The notes under the pieces: model-generated
The model's input: the letters and a program-made list of their open reading frames with translations, nothing else
Databases searched by the model: none
Told to the model about the DNA's origin: nothing
Made by a program: the position numbers and the translations under genes
From: Haliotis rufescens
Taxonomy: Eukaryota
Length of the DNA: 64,000 nt
Direction of reading: 5' to 3'
Assembly: GCF_023055435.1 (NCBI RefSeq)
Contig: NW_025963890.1
Span: 15,562,001-15,626,000 of the forward strand
Shown: piece by piece, positions 1-12,420 of the stretch
How the letters are laid out: every line of letters starts with the position of its first letter
Position numbering within the stretch: the first letter of the stretch is position 1

Positions 1-180
1 TTGGACAAGATGAGACATACAGAAGTAGGCTGATCTACCACCATTGGACAAGATGAGGCATACAGAAGTAGGCTGATCTACCACCATTGGACAAGATGAG
101 GCATACAGAAGTAGGCTGATCTACCACCATTGGACAAGATGAGGCAAACAGAAGTAGGCCTATCTACAACCATTGGATAA
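1..180. repeat. 43-bp minisatellite, about 4 copies, cut by the window edge
   Basis: ttggacaagatgaggcatacagaagtaggctgatctaccacca. Confidence 0.9.
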
Positions 181-370
181 GAGGTATCAGTCTTTTCCTC
201 AAAGGCGAAAGTATCTTATCACATAAATGTATTGATAACTGAAACAGGCATTTAAATGCTATTAACGCATTACTAAAACACACTTGTCAAGTCATCCTTT
301 GATAGATCATGTCATTTTAAAGAGAATTGAAGGCAAAACGTTGGTAACATAATTTGAGCACAATAATCAC

Positions 371-569
371 CTAAATCCGTTCTCCTCATCGTGACAAATC
401 CCGTGCCTGCACGGGTTCTCCAAACACTCGTCAATTTCAATCTCGCATGTCTCGCCTGTAAAGCCACCTCGACACGTGCAGGTGTATCCGCTGACGTCAT
501 CGATGCACGTGCCACCATTATGACAGCGAGTGTCAGAACAGTCGTTGATATTTTCCTCGCAGGTCGCAC
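371..569 (-). CDS. SVEP1: SVEP1 exon 21: calcium-binding EGF domains; gene continues past the window start
   Basis: INDCSDTRCHNGGTCIDDVSGYTCTC...IDECLENPCRHG; cag| and |gtgatt. Confidence 0.92.
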
Positions 570-1807
570 CTGACTTCGTGATTAGTGCATCATTACTAAC
601 AAGCACACATACATAATAATCATCATAATCATAATCATAAGTAAAGCGACAAAACCCTTTCCATATCCAATAGAAATCTCTGCATAAAGCAGAGTCGATT
701 GTACAATTCCGACTATATCATGAGCATGTGTTTATGAATCACTATCAAATAGTAATGATACCAGGTGTTTGCGAAAAGGAGAGCGTATCCTTCCCCACCA
801 GTGGCATCCGTCACAAACACATGCAAAGGCAAGTCAATTGTTTACCCGAAAAAATATGGGAACATATGGTTCAAGTCAAAATAGGGAATTGCAACGGACA
901 TCATTTTTGTTGCTGATGCGTCAGGTTAGGAAATGTCCTCCACATGTCGAACATAAAACTTTTGGAAAGCTTAAACAGTTCAATAAAATGTATTTTGAGG
1001 TACTTGATCGTCTACATTTTCATGACTCATGAATTTATTTTGAAACCGTTTTGAGCCGGAAAAAATATTTGAACCAAAAATGCATAAACTACATTTATAT
1101 CACATATTGAATACTATTTTGGTCGTATTTCGGATGCCAAAGCTAATTTCCATAAATTACGTATCTGATCTTATGCTTGTATACTATACTTTTATCAAGA
1201 TTACTCATTGGGATCAATGACTATCTAGCTGTAATATTGCCGATGCGGCGTTAAAAAATAATCACTCACTCACTCTATTAATATAATTATTAATAGTGGT
1301 CATAAACTGATGGTAAGAAATAACGAAACATACTTGGAACGGCGCTTGTGAAGGACAATGCAAAACCAGCATCGCATTCCATAAAAAATTATTCTGTGAA
1401 GGATAGTTTCCGGATCAGAAAAAAAACAACCAGAAAAGAGTTTCGATATTTCACAGCGATATTCTGGTGCTGTCGGGGGAGATGCTCTACATGAACCAAA
1501 CAATACACGGGCACAGGGTGAAATTTGGCGCTACGTTGCTAAAAATTATCCGGAACATAAAAAGACATATAAAAAAAATATCTTTCCACGTGTTTCCTTA
1601 TTTCTTCGAACCAGTGTATACGAGTCTAAAGAAGTTAAGGACCACCCGGTTCTTTCACATTACTATAATCTGTCATGCCATCTGAAGGAATCGAGTCGCC
1701 CTTAACTTCTTTTGAGTGGTATATATACTATATTCCACATAACCTCCAGCAAAGATGACGAATTGTCTTTCCATCATTGAAATCCCAGCATGTATTGTTT
1801 ATTACAT

Positions 1808-2161
1808 GAGGTGAGGTGAAATGGGGTGTAACGTCGCGTCCAAGATTATTGCACTTATATAGCGACGTGCATGTACGTGTGTGTGTTTGTGTGGCTGCTT
1901 GTACTAGTCCGGACTGATGCCGATTTATAGTGCTAGCTCACTGAGATACCATGCCGCAGTTTAACATGAATACCCCACTCAGACACAGTATACTGACTCC
2001 CAGCCGACCAGTCCTTGTTTTAGCCCCTTTATGCCGAGCGCCAGACAGGGTAACAACAAGTACCATCTTTTAACGTCTTTTGGTATGACGCAGCCGGGGA
2101 TCGAACCCCGGACCTTCCGCTCTCCGGGCGGACGCTCTACCACTAGACCACGGAGGCGGTC
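1808..2161 (-). mobile_element. SINE family C (tRNA head, Meta domain, (CACCT)n tail; RUDI/MetaSINE-like), reference copy
   Basis: gtcataccaaaagacgttaaaagatggtac...ctggcgctcggcat Meta-type core; 14-bp TSD tgtttattacatga. Partial copies near 42380-42470(-), 51478-51585. Confidence 0.87.
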
Positions 2162-2226
2162 TGTTTATTACATGAAGTGATCAGGTTACTATTTCCAGGT
2201 GTATCTCATGCAAGGCATACTCTCAC

Positions 2227-2340
2227 CTTGATAGGCCGAGTCACAGTGACACAGGAACCTGTTGGCGCCGTCTATGCAAGTACCGCCATGTTGGCACGGG
2301 TTGGATGCACACTCGTCCCTGTTCACCTCGCACTTTTTAC
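2227..2340 (-). CDS. SVEP1: SVEP1 exon 20: EGF domain
   Basis: Manual translation [37 protein letters not shown]; 114 nt. Confidence 0.92.
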
Positions 2341-2671
2341 CTGGTTGATGTTTCCAAAAGTCAGTAACAAAAGAATTTTCACATTCCTTCTATTTACATA
2401 ATTATGTTAATGTAACAGTTTCATGTTAAAGCTCATCCCCAAAGAATAAAAACTGTATGCTTATTTTATATTATTTTGGGGGTTATCAGAAAGTTTTTTA
2501 ATTAGACTTTGATTAGTCTAAACAACCTTAAAAGAACATTAAACACAACTTTCTGAACCATCCCCCAAAACAACAAAGAAACACAATTTGTAGACCCAGT
2601 AAAACGATTATTTCATGCATAGTTTTGTGATAAATCTAACATACAATTTTCGTGTTGAATATTGTTTATCA

Positions 2672-2760
2672 CATCTTCCTGAGGCAAGGGAGTTATCCGA
2701 CTATAAAAGTGAAACCCGGACTTTATTATAGTCAGTTAACAGCCTTGCCACGGGAAGATG
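2672..2760. mobile_element. Minimal 89-bp member of the same TIR family
   Basis: catcttcc...ggaagatg with TSD tgtttatca/tgcttatca; a solo TIR also lies at about 15459-15524. Confidence 0.78.
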
Positions 2761-3307
2761 TGCTTATCAATACTCGAGGAATACTAAAATATATTCGTTT
2801 CTTTTGCATCATCCTGTTGGCCCAAGTTTTCCGATAACTATCCAATCTATACATCGCTCAAGAGTACGAATATGTTTCAAACATGTGAGAGCTGAAGCGA
2901 TATTTACATATAGCGAGTTGACTGGAACCCGGCTCCAGTAACAAAGACACCGTTTCGTGGACTTGGTATTTTTCCTCAGCAAGATATGTATGAGCAGAGG
3001 TAGAACATTGCTTTCATTCTTCAGTGAGGAGGGGTGTGGTCAAATCATACATTGGATGATATATCTGATTGCGGGGATACGGATGATTTACTGTCTGTGT
3101 TTCAGTGAATCAAACGATTCATTGGGGGTAAATTTCATTAGGGACCACATGTGCTTTTCAAAATTGGGTGGGGTCAAGCCCGAGGATGTGGCATGTAGCA
3201 GTAGAAAATTTTGTAAATCTATTTGTAATGAATGTCGGCAACAGCAGAATATTGAAACGCTACTAAAACATCAAGCGCAAGTCGTGACCAGATTTTATCC
3301 GCGAGTG

Positions 3308-3446
3308 CACAGGCGGAATCCAGATGGAGGTCCAAGTGGTCCCCCTTTTGAAAACCAAATGAAGATGTTGTAGCCTGTAAAATTGACTGAGAGAGGATTT
3401 TGATATTTTGGATCCCTTCCTTTTAAAAATGTTGGATCCGCCCTTG
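3308..3446. mobile_element. Possible Harbinger-type MITE relic
   Basis: caggcggaatcca ... tggatccgcccttg termini. Confidence 0.4.
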
Positions 3447-4023
3447 TTTACAAACACCAAAAGCTTAATCATGGGAGAACTTTCGGGATGGAACATCATC
3501 TGGAAGGTTGGCTTTACCTGTAAAGAGCAGCAAGAGCGCGATTCGAAGCCTTTTCGACCTGACTTATGTCTTATAAACTTGCCAATTGCACTTATTTCTT
3601 GCTACTCTGGCTTCAAGATTTAAGTATTCTGGACAAGCCTGGTTTTTAGGACATTCGGAAGTGACAAAATTCGGAGCATTCGTGAGTGCACTTACATTAA
3701 ATCCAGGGCATGTTACTTGTTGCTGACACCATTTATTTGACCCACTGCATTGCCTCTTTGATTGTGAACCGAAAGATTTGTGTGGTCATATACTAATTTA
3801 GTTCTGTACATTCGCGAACACCTGGTGTCATCACTGATTTTCAGTGGCCGATTCATATAATTTTCACAGCCCTTTGTGCCAAACGGAATCTGTTTCAGCG
3901 GATAATCAAGATTTTTCTTGCATTAACATTTTATTTTTACCGTTTTCTGGGTTAACCTTTGAGTTTCAGTTTTGGAAATCACATATAACAAAATGATCTT
4001 GTAAAGGTGATGATGATGTTTAC

Positions 4024-4137
4024 CTGAAAAACCGTCCGGGCACGTGCATACATAGTCTACTTGTAGGTTCACGCACGTGCCGTTGTGGAGGCAAGGTAGG
4101 CCTTTGCACTGGTCGACTTGTGTCTGGCACACGGTCC
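4024..4137 (-). CDS. SVEP1: SVEP1 exon 19: EGF domain
   Basis: 114-nt phase 1-1 EGF exon, VDQCKGLPCLHNGTCVNLQVDYVCTCPDGFSG. Confidence 0.92.
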
Positions 4138-4252
4138 CTGGGTGGAGGAGAAAGGGAGAATTAATTCACGAAATATGGCTCTGGTCAATACTCAGTTATA
4201 TCCCTGAGCGTAGCTGAACAAAGGGGGAGGGGTGACAAATCGTAGAGGTGCC

Positions 4253-4529
4253 GGGGGCACGGGTTGCCCAGTCGTCTAAGGCGCCGCGATTCGCTGTGCA
4301 GAGTTGCGTCCCTTGGGCACGCCAGAAACCTATGATTGAGGGTTCGAATCCCGGTTCACCCCGATTATGTTTCTCGGTTTGTCAGCACCATACCCGTGCT
4401 CGTGGGTTTCACCGGAGTGGTAAACGTCTGAGACCTGCATCACTTCGGGCTTTCCTTCCACATTAAGCTGACACGCCGTGATATAACTGGACTACTGTTA
4501 AAAGCGGCGTTAAACCCAACTCACTCACA
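4253..4529 (+). mobile_element. SINE family B (tRNA-Leu-like head, V-domain-like body), reference copy
   Basis: gtctaaggcgcc...gggttcgaatccc head; cccgtgctcgtgggtttc...tttccttccac V-like core; TSD cgtagaggtgcc. Degenerate copies near 11075-11210(-), 13415-13810, 16966-17375(-), 60040-60240(-), 62522-62770(-). Confidence 0.85.
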
Positions 4530-4869
4530 CGTAGAGGTGCCAACAGGCCATGGATCATAATAGAGGCGAACATTGGATTCGAAACCAGGACCAGTGGATC
4601 CTGCCATGGATTAGGGACCCATTTGCCCAGTGGCCACACCTTGTATAAAGCAGATAACTATCATGTGTATTACATCAAAATATTGGATTCCCACATTAAC
4701 CCGATTCCGATCCAGTTATATAAGATGTGACAGGGTGATATTTTAATTCGATTAGTTGACAATTTAAAATGACAGACATCATGGTTGTGTAGATAATCTT
4801 GATTATAGAAAATTATTACATTTATGGTTTTATCAAAACACAGTATCCTTTGAAATATCTGGGCCCGTG

Positions 4870-5044
4870 AGGGGGGGTCGGGTAGACTAGTGGTTAAAGC
4901 GCTCGCTCGTCACGCAAAAGACCCGGGTTCGATTCCCGACATGGGTACAATGTGTGAAGCCCATTTCTGGTGTCCCCCGCCCTGATATTGCTGGAATATT
5001 GCTAAAAGCGGCGTAAAACCATACTCACGCACTCACTCATTCAC
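4870..5044 (+). mobile_element. SINE family A
   Basis: Full copy with 12-bp TSD tctgggcccgtg. Confidence 0.88.
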
Positions 5045-5124
5045 TCTGGGCCCGTGTAGATTCAGGGTCAGAATAGGTCTCCATAATCTTGACTTACTTA
5101 CAAAATACCAAATTCTGGTCTTAC

Positions 5125-5280
5125 CAGTAAATCCAGGCATGCATATGCATTTGAAACCGAATCCTCCTTTTACTTTACAGGTACCGCCATTCTCGCAGGG
5201 TTCTTCAAAACAAAGATTAACCAGGATCTGTGTCTGCTCATTTTGGGGAAGAGAGGCGTCACTTTGGAGGTCCCAGTCAC
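5125..5280 (-). CDS. SVEP1: SVEP1 exon 18: spacer plus EGF domain
   Basis: NLCFEEPCENGGTC...FKCICMPGFTG; cag| and |gtaaga. Confidence 0.9.
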
Positions 5281-5533
5281 CTGATATACAGAAACATGTG
5301 TTAAGAAAAAATTGGAAACAAAGGCTTTGCACACTACAAAAGAATTAGTAGTAGCAGGTGCTGCTGAGGCAGAAGAGGATGCGGTGGTAAAGGGTAAAAG
5401 TGTTGTTACTGTTGTAATAGAAGCATTAATGAACGTTATTGTAGGTTATGGACGTGTGTCAGTTCATCCATACTGACTGTTGTGAATCTGTCTGTAAATC
5501 ACCAAACGTTCCACAATAGTTGCATACATTGTA

Positions 5534-5801
5534 GACCCATGAAGATCCGGGTTAGAATAGATCTTCATGCTTGCCGTAAAGTGCGACTATGCTTGCCGTA
5601 AAGTGCGACTATGCCTGCGTAAGAGGCGACTAACGGGATCGGGTGATCAGGCTCGCTGATTTGGTTGATGCGTGTCATCGTATTCCAATCGTGTGGATCG
5701 ATGCTCATGATGTCAATCACTAGATTGTCTGGTCCAGACTCGATTTTTATATATACCGCCGACATACAGCTGGAATATTGCAAACAACAAACAAACAACA
5801 A
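5534..5801 (+). mobile_element. SINE-like family D with 3 copies of the internal hairpin
   Basis: Same 5' end gacccatgaag and same tail. Confidence 0.85.
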
Positions 5802-5991
5802 AGTATTCATTGTAGCAATGGCATTTAGTCGGGTGCTGGTTTCAGTAAAGATCAGTATTTACTTCAGGTGCATTGGCACAATAAGAACATGCAGCACCGT
5901 TTTCATCTCACGTCCGGAAGGACAATTTGTAGCAAGGGGTAACAGACACTTTTATGGGTTGGACGATCTGACATGCTGGAAGGGAGGTCTG

Positions 5992-6380
5992 TACCCGGAC
6001 TATGTTTCACACTGGACACGCTCTCACATGACAACGATCATCCCAGTAATAAAGGTACTAGCCGGACTATCACTCATCCCGGACACGCTCTCACGCTACA
6101 ACGATCATCCCAGTAATAAAGATACTAGCCGGACTATCTCTCATCTCAGACACGCTCTCACATGACAACGATCATCCCAGTAATAAAGATACTAGACGGA
6201 CTATCTCTCATCCCGGACACGCTCTCACGTGACAACGATCATCCCAGTAATAAAGATACTAGCCGGACTATCTCTCATCTCAGACACGCTCTCACGTGAC
6301 AACGATCATCCCAGTAATAAAGATACTAGCCAGACTATCTCTCATCCAGGACACGCTCTCACAATACAGCGGTCGTCCCA
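5992..6380. repeat. 67-bp minisatellite, about 5.5 copies
   Basis: gacacgctctcacatgacaacgatcatcccagtaataaagatactagccggactatctctcatc unit. Confidence 0.9.
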
Positions 6381-6486
6381 GTTCTTATAATAGAAGCAGC
6401 GATAGTTGTTTAAGAATTAGCAGCAACATCACTAAACGTGTTGACAAGAAACGATTGTGACCTCCATACAGGACAGGTGACAATAC

Positions 6487-6648
6487 CTTCGCAGTCTGTG
6501 ACTGATGACGCCGCGGAGTGAGTGGTCAACGCTCGGTGTGGACACTGGAAGCAGGCAGACTGGCCCTCCTCCTGTTGGAACGTCCCCTTTGGACATGGAA
6601 GACATGGCCTGAGGCCGCTCTTGGACACATAGCCAGCCGGACAGCGCT
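6487..6648 (-). CDS. SVEP1: SVEP1 exon 17: ephrin-receptor-like repeat
   Basis: RCPAGYVSKSGLRPCLPCPKGTFQQEEGQSACFQCP; 162 nt. Confidence 0.92.
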
Positions 6649-6889
6649 CTGGAATAGCACCAAAAGAAAGTGTTATTTGACAATGTGGTTTTTGAAAGGC
6701 CCGAATAGCACTAACCGAGTTGTCTAAGTAAACATATATCCCTTTAACGGAAGGTCATGTTATTCCCCGAGGTGAAAAAAAGTGATCCCAACCATATCCC
6801 ATGACTACATTTTGTACAAGTAGTCTTTCAAACAGACCCTGAAATGAAGACATCAGCAAAGCCCCAGGCAAAGTCTACATGTCTAAATA

Positions 6890-7153
6890 CCCGTGAAGAC
6901 CTGGGTTAAAATGGGCCTTCAACAAACAATGCCGGCTTTGTCGTAGGCGGCGACTATGCTTGTCGTAAGAGGCGACTAACAGGATCGGGACTCGCTGACT
7001 TGCTGGATGCATGTCATTGTATCCCAATTGCGTAGATCGGTGCTCATGATGTCAATCACTGGATTTCCTGATCCAGACTATATTTTTTACAGAGGACCGT
7101 CATATAGCGGGAATATTGCTGAGTGCAGCGTTAAACAACAAACAAACAAACAA
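6890..7153 (+). mobile_element. SINE-like family D
   Basis: Diverged full-length copy. Confidence 0.8.
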
Positions 7154-7364
7154 CATGTCTAGATTTCTTCAATTCTGAAAACGAAGAGATCCACTCGGCT
7201 CCTTTATGCTATATATCTGAAGACAATATAAAGAAAAAACTGTTTCATTGATAGTCTGAGTGGAAGTTCATTTATTAGGTTGAAGAGTATATACAAACGT
7301 GGACAAAACAAACCTATGTAGTTCTGCATTATCTGCGAATCTGAAAGGTGTAACGTAAGTCTAC

Positions 7365-7526
7365 CTTGGCAGTTGTCAACCGTCCGGCTGCCCCGTTTTC
7401 TGGTGGTTCTGTTGGTAGGGCAGGGAAGACACTCTGTCTGCGCATACTCCGACCGGTAGAAGCCTACGTCACAGGTCTCGCACCGCTCCAGACCGTTGAA
7501 GGAAAAACTTCCCGGAAGACACTGAG
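7365..7526 (-). CDS. SVEP1: SVEP1 exon 16: ephrin-receptor-like repeat
   Basis: AQCLPGSFSFNGLERCETCDVGFY...CLPCP; 162 nt. Confidence 0.92.
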
Positions 7527-7809
7527 CTGAAAGGTAACCACAGCAATTAAATATGTCTGCAACGTATACCATGGTACGTGGTGATTCCATGTTAGACTAG
7601 AGCACCAGCAACCTATGCTGGTCGTAATACGTCAGGTTCGGTGACTTGGTGTCATGTTCACAACATCGATCACTGGAATGTCTGGACGCGATTATTTTCA
7701 GACCGCCATCATATAGCTGGCATATAAACAAATCAACAAAAAACAAACTGTTACAAATTATATCATGGATACAACAGAGAAGAACTGATCCCAAGGTGCG
7801 CTATAGACG

Positions 7810-8312
7810 ATAGAGAGAGCAAGAGAGTTAACTGACTATAAAAGTCCAGTTTCCACCCTTGCCGAATTAGGCTGGTATTATGTAGTTAACATTTTGGCTG
7901 GACTAACGAGTCTATGCATAGTCCAATCAAAATCGCGCACCGAAATCGAAATCCGGTTCGTGAACTGTCGTGCAGATTTCGGTCGATAGCAGGATTTGCA
8001 AAGCATGTGCACCGCCAACTTGTTGTCAGCTGATATTTTTCAAATCTTTTCATGTTTTTAATCAAGGTGCTCACGTGATTTGATGCATTTCGCGATGTAA
8101 GACCCGTTTTATCACAATATAGATCTTGATTATCGATCAGATCGTCCTGACTGGGCGCCACCATTTTGTGTGAAACAAACGCAGGTGATACGAGAGGTGG
8201 AATCAGATTGGTCCATAGGAGAGGCATAGAAGGGGTATAACTGGTAATAGCCACTGGTGGCGCTACGATCGAGCCAAGAACTCCAGTCTAGTTCGGCAAG
8301 GGTGGAAACTGG
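7810..8312. mobile_element. Same TIR family, inverted, ends eroded
   Basis: aagtccagtttccacccttgccgaa ... ttcggcaagggtggaaactggact; internal sequence matches 47183-48015. Confidence 0.8.
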
Positions 8313-8652
8313 ACTGGATGATTTAATGTTGCTGGACGCCACAGTGAGGAAAATGTACGAAGGATACTAGATCCACGTAGAATCGTACTCAACGACAATG
8401 TCTGACATTCTCGTCAGATTTGTACCTGTTTTGGAGCATTCGAACTGTATAAGGCTGACTCGTACCCAAATGTGAACGATTCGTACCTATTTATGTTTTA
8501 AAGCAAGATGTCCGATGTCCTTTAATTGGTATAGAACGTGAATAGGACACACCCACAAATATGTTTCTAATCATGTATTCAGCACTAAATTCTTATATAT
8601 TCTGACCTGCACGTTTATAACAATGTTTTCACAGCACACTTACATTGCCAAA

Positions 8653-8817
8653 GACCCATGAAGATCCGGGTTAGAATTGCAACCCATGCTTGCCGTAAAA
8701 GGCGACTAAAGTGATCATGATGTCAATCACTGGATTATCTTGTCCGGACTCTCGATTATACAGACCGCCGTCATATAGCTGGAATATTGCCGAGTGCGAA
8801 CAAAATTTAACAAACAA
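8653..8817 (+). mobile_element. SINE-like family D, internally deleted
   Basis: Head and tail present. Confidence 0.78.
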
Positions 8818-8905
8818 AATATGGCGTTGTATGGCTTATCGACCGTTAGATACGTTTTGAAAGGGGCGGTGGATCATGAGAGACATTTATTTTAACAAGC
8901 CTTAC

Positions 8906-9067
8906 CTTTGCACTCTTTTGACGTCCTTGTGTTTGTCTCGATTGTGGACTGGTTCCCCGGGCACACGAGGCAGGCCACGGACCCCTCCACTGGCTGGTAG
9001 GTCCCCACAGAGCAGCTTTCACAGGTCTTTCTGATCACGTTGAAGTACATCCCGACGGGACATTTGA
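8906..9067 (-). CDS. SVEP1: SVEP1 exon 15: ephrin-receptor-like repeat
   Basis: VKCPVGMYFN...CESCSVGTYQPVEGSVACLVCP; 162 nt. Confidence 0.92.
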
Positions 9068-9215
9068 CTGAAAATATGAAACAAGTTGAGGGCCATCCGA
9101 CTCTTTCATATTACAATAGTTAATATGTCTTTTCCTTATCCCTTTTTAGTAGTGTATTTCAAGACATCCCTTTATTGCTATCAGCAGAACATAACCCGGA
9201 GCTACTACACAATGA

Positions 9216-9548
9216 GACCGCCTCCACCCGGAGAGCGGAAGGTCCGGGGTTCGATCCCCAGCCGCGTCATACCAAAAGACGTTAAAAGATGGTTCTTGTT
9301 GTTACCCTGTCTGGCGCTCGGCATCAAGGGGATAAACAAAGGACTGGTCGGCTGGGAGTCAGTATACTGTGTCTGAGTGGGGTATTCATGTTAAACTGCG
9401 GCATGGTATCTCAGTGTGCTAGCACTATAAATCGGCATCAGTCCGGACTAGTACAAGCAGCCACACACACACACACATACATGCACGTCGCTATATAAGT
9501 GCAATAATCTTGGACGCGACGTTAAACCCCATATCACCTCACCTCACC
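9216..9548 (+). mobile_element. SINE family C, A box deleted
   Basis: Near-identical to the other family C copies. Confidence 0.85.
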
Positions 9549-10135
9549 ACTGCAGGAGAGTGAGGGTTAACGTGGGAGGCAAAGACACACTGAGTTGTTG
9601 TTTTTGACCTTATAACTTCGACCTCAAGTAAGTCAAAAAGAAGGTCGTAGACAACCACTACTTCTGGTGAAATCTGGACGGATCTGGTGCCGAGAACCAT
9701 GGCTATGTCAACCACGAGTACATAAGAATTTTCATTTCTGTTATGATACACCAAAGTGCCAGTCCGTTTTCTTCATAACCCCCCCTCAGTGAGTGAGTGA
9801 GTGACTTGGGTTTTACACCACTTTTAGCAATATTCCAGCAACACCAAGACGGGGAACTCCAGAAATGGGCTTCACGCGTTGTAACCATGTTGGGAATGGA
9901 ACACGGTTCTTCAGTATGACGAGTGAATGCTTTTAACCAGTAGGCTAACCCTCCTCAAGCGCGCAACATTACCAAATGTAGTTTGTCATGATCATAATCA
10001 CATAAAAGGCAATATATTATACAAAATAAATGCCCAGTTTTTGTCATGATTTGTATATTTTTAGGGGCTCGATCCCGTGGTGTGTTGACACCCATTCCCC
10101 GATGCTTTTCAGCCTATCCATTCCTATAAACCATT

Positions 10136-10282
10136 GGGGCGGTCGGGTAGCCTAGTGGTTAAAGCGTTCGCTCGTCACGCCGAAGAGCCGGGTTCGATTC
10201 CCGACATGGGTACAATGTGTGAAGCCCCGCCGTGAAATTGCTGGAATATTGCTAACAGCAGCGTAAAACCATACTCACTCAC
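10136..10282 (+). mobile_element. SINE family A, small internal deletion
   Basis: TSD ctataaaccatt. Confidence 0.85.
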
Positions 10283-10332
10283 TATAAACCATTACATGCC
10301 CTCGTAGAAATACTATTTGTGTTCATGCCTAC

Positions 10333-10557
10333 CACACGTGCTTCGAATCTGGACCATGCCCTCAGGGCACATGAACTTGGGTTGGTTGGGGTTGAAGGTC
10401 ATGTTCTTAAAGTTCATCTCTCTTCCACCAAACCGGAAGTTGAAATGTCCTGCCTTGGCGTCTTGCTGCAATGTCTGAAGAATCGTCTTCAGGTTTTTGG
10501 TAATGGCGAGTTGGCGTCTGTCATCTTCTGTCTCGTTGCCAGTCGCTGTTACTGTAC
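10333..10557 (-). CDS. SVEP1: SVEP1 exon 14: linker to Cys-rich region
   Basis: GTVTATGNET...FMCPEGMVQIRSTC; phase 1-1. Confidence 0.82.
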
Positions 10558-10615
10558 CTAGTGAAGAATGAGACCCACTGATATCCAGCCTGCATGTATA
10601 CATATACATATACGA

Positions 10616-10990
10616 TAGCTACGCGATAAATCGCAAAGAACAATGAAGAACGAAGTCTGGTTTATTTCACGATAAAACATTGTTCTGTCATGACGCCCTT
10701 TCTCGATGACGTCGTTTATTGGACGACGTTATTTTTAAGAGTGAAGTGTCCAGTGAGTTGTTCCACATATATGTAGCTGGGCAACGCCGAAAAACGCGAT
10801 TGCTGAACGATCGCATCCAAAAGGGGGAGAGAAATGACAATCGGTATTGGGAGAAAAGGTACAGATGATCGACCTGAGGACTGTGCACCTGTGCATAAAA
10901 TGGACTTGTCAGACATTGCCGAATTTGGATTCTATTAAGGGAGTCCTCATGGTTTATTCTCCCTGCAGAGTTTTATTGTATGATAAACAT
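10616..10990 (+). repeat. Unclassified dispersed repeat; inverted relative at about 30350-30917
   Basis: tagctacgcgataaatcgcaaag...ttattctccctgcag shared in reverse complement. Confidence 0.7.
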
Positions 10991-11262
10991 CGCCCACTCC
11001 TAACTCATTACTTAAATAGTATAACCACACTAGTGCTACGGCTTTTGTGCATGTGGGAGAGTTAAGTTTAACGCCACTTAAGTAGGAGGAGAGACCAACT
11101 TGATCAGAGCGAATCTGGGATTGGAACCCATGATTATAGGTTCCTGGCAAGCCTAAGGGGCGTAACTCTACAGGCTTATTACCCCGTCTGAGGCGACTAG
11201 GCCACCCGTGCCTGAGCTGACATACGTACTATCATTAGATATAATCAGTGTTGGGATCCTAC

Positions 11263-11394
11263 CTTCCAGCTTGAAGTCAAAGATGAGCAGACTGCGACCA
11301 TGGCCTCTACTTCTGGCGAGTTGTTTCTGGTATTTGCTGATACTGCGCTTCCTGCGTCGGCGTTTTCCAAGACCAATGTGGATCTTGTTGTAGT
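11263..11394 (-). CDS. SVEP1: SVEP1 exon 13: linker with furin-type site RRRRKR/S
   Basis: DYNKIHIGLGKRRRRKRSISK...FDFKLE; tag| and |gtagga, phase 1-1. Confidence 0.75.
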
Positions 11395-11966
11395 CTAGGT
11401 AATATAAACGTTTTGTAAGCTGAGAATGAACATGTTTGTTGGCAGTGGAGTTCTTTAAAACAGTGCGTTGTGTTTCACGCTGCTTTCAACAATATTCCTG
11501 CCCCACCACGGCCGGTAACGCCAAGACGTTAGATGGATATGATTAATTCTGTGTTCTTCATTGTATTGTGTGACGAAGAGACTTTGAAAGAAGGAATGAA
11601 AACTTCACTAATTCTACTCAGCTTGCTCAGTACAAACATTATAACAATGATACCGGAACATTTGGAGGACATAGGAATATATTTTACAATATTTTTATCT
11701 TTTATAGAACTTTGCTATTTACATATTTATTACCGTATGTGCGACAACAACAAAAACATAATTAAAAAAGAAGGGGGCCTCACATCTTGTATCAACGTGG
11801 GGATCGAACCCAGGTCTTAGGAATGCACCGGGCAGTGTTTTCATATTATTCTTTCTTACTGGTTGTCTGACAAACTTACCTGATCAAATGACGTTTACGG
11901 TAACCGTATGTTTCATGGTTTAACCAATTAGGGATTGGATTTCTATGGGGCGATAGGAAAACGTTT

Positions 11967-12420
11967 TGAATGAATAGTTTGTTAAGAAAATGACATTGAT
12001 GAATAGTTTGTTAAGAAAATGACATTGATGAATAGTTTGTTGAGAAAATGACATTGATGAATAGTTTGTTAAGAAAATGACATTGATGAATAGTTTGTTA
12101 AGAAAATGACATTGGTGAATAGTTTGTTAAGAAAATGACATTGATGAATAGTTTGTTGAGAAAATGACATTGATGAATAGTTTGTTAAGAAAATGACATT
12201 GATGAATAGTTTGTTAAGAAAATGACATTGATGAATTGTTTGTTGAGAAAATGACATTGATGAATAGTTTGTTAAGAAAATGACATTGATGAATAGTTTG
12301 TTGAGAAAATGACATTGATGAATAGTTTGTTAAGAAAATGACATTGATGAATAGTTTGTTGAGAAAATGACATTGATGAATAGCTTGTTGAGAAAATGAC
12401 ATTGATGAATAGCTTGTTGG
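11967..12420. repeat. 29-bp minisatellite, about 15 copies
   Basis: gaatagtttgttRagaaaatgacattgat. Confidence 0.93.
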
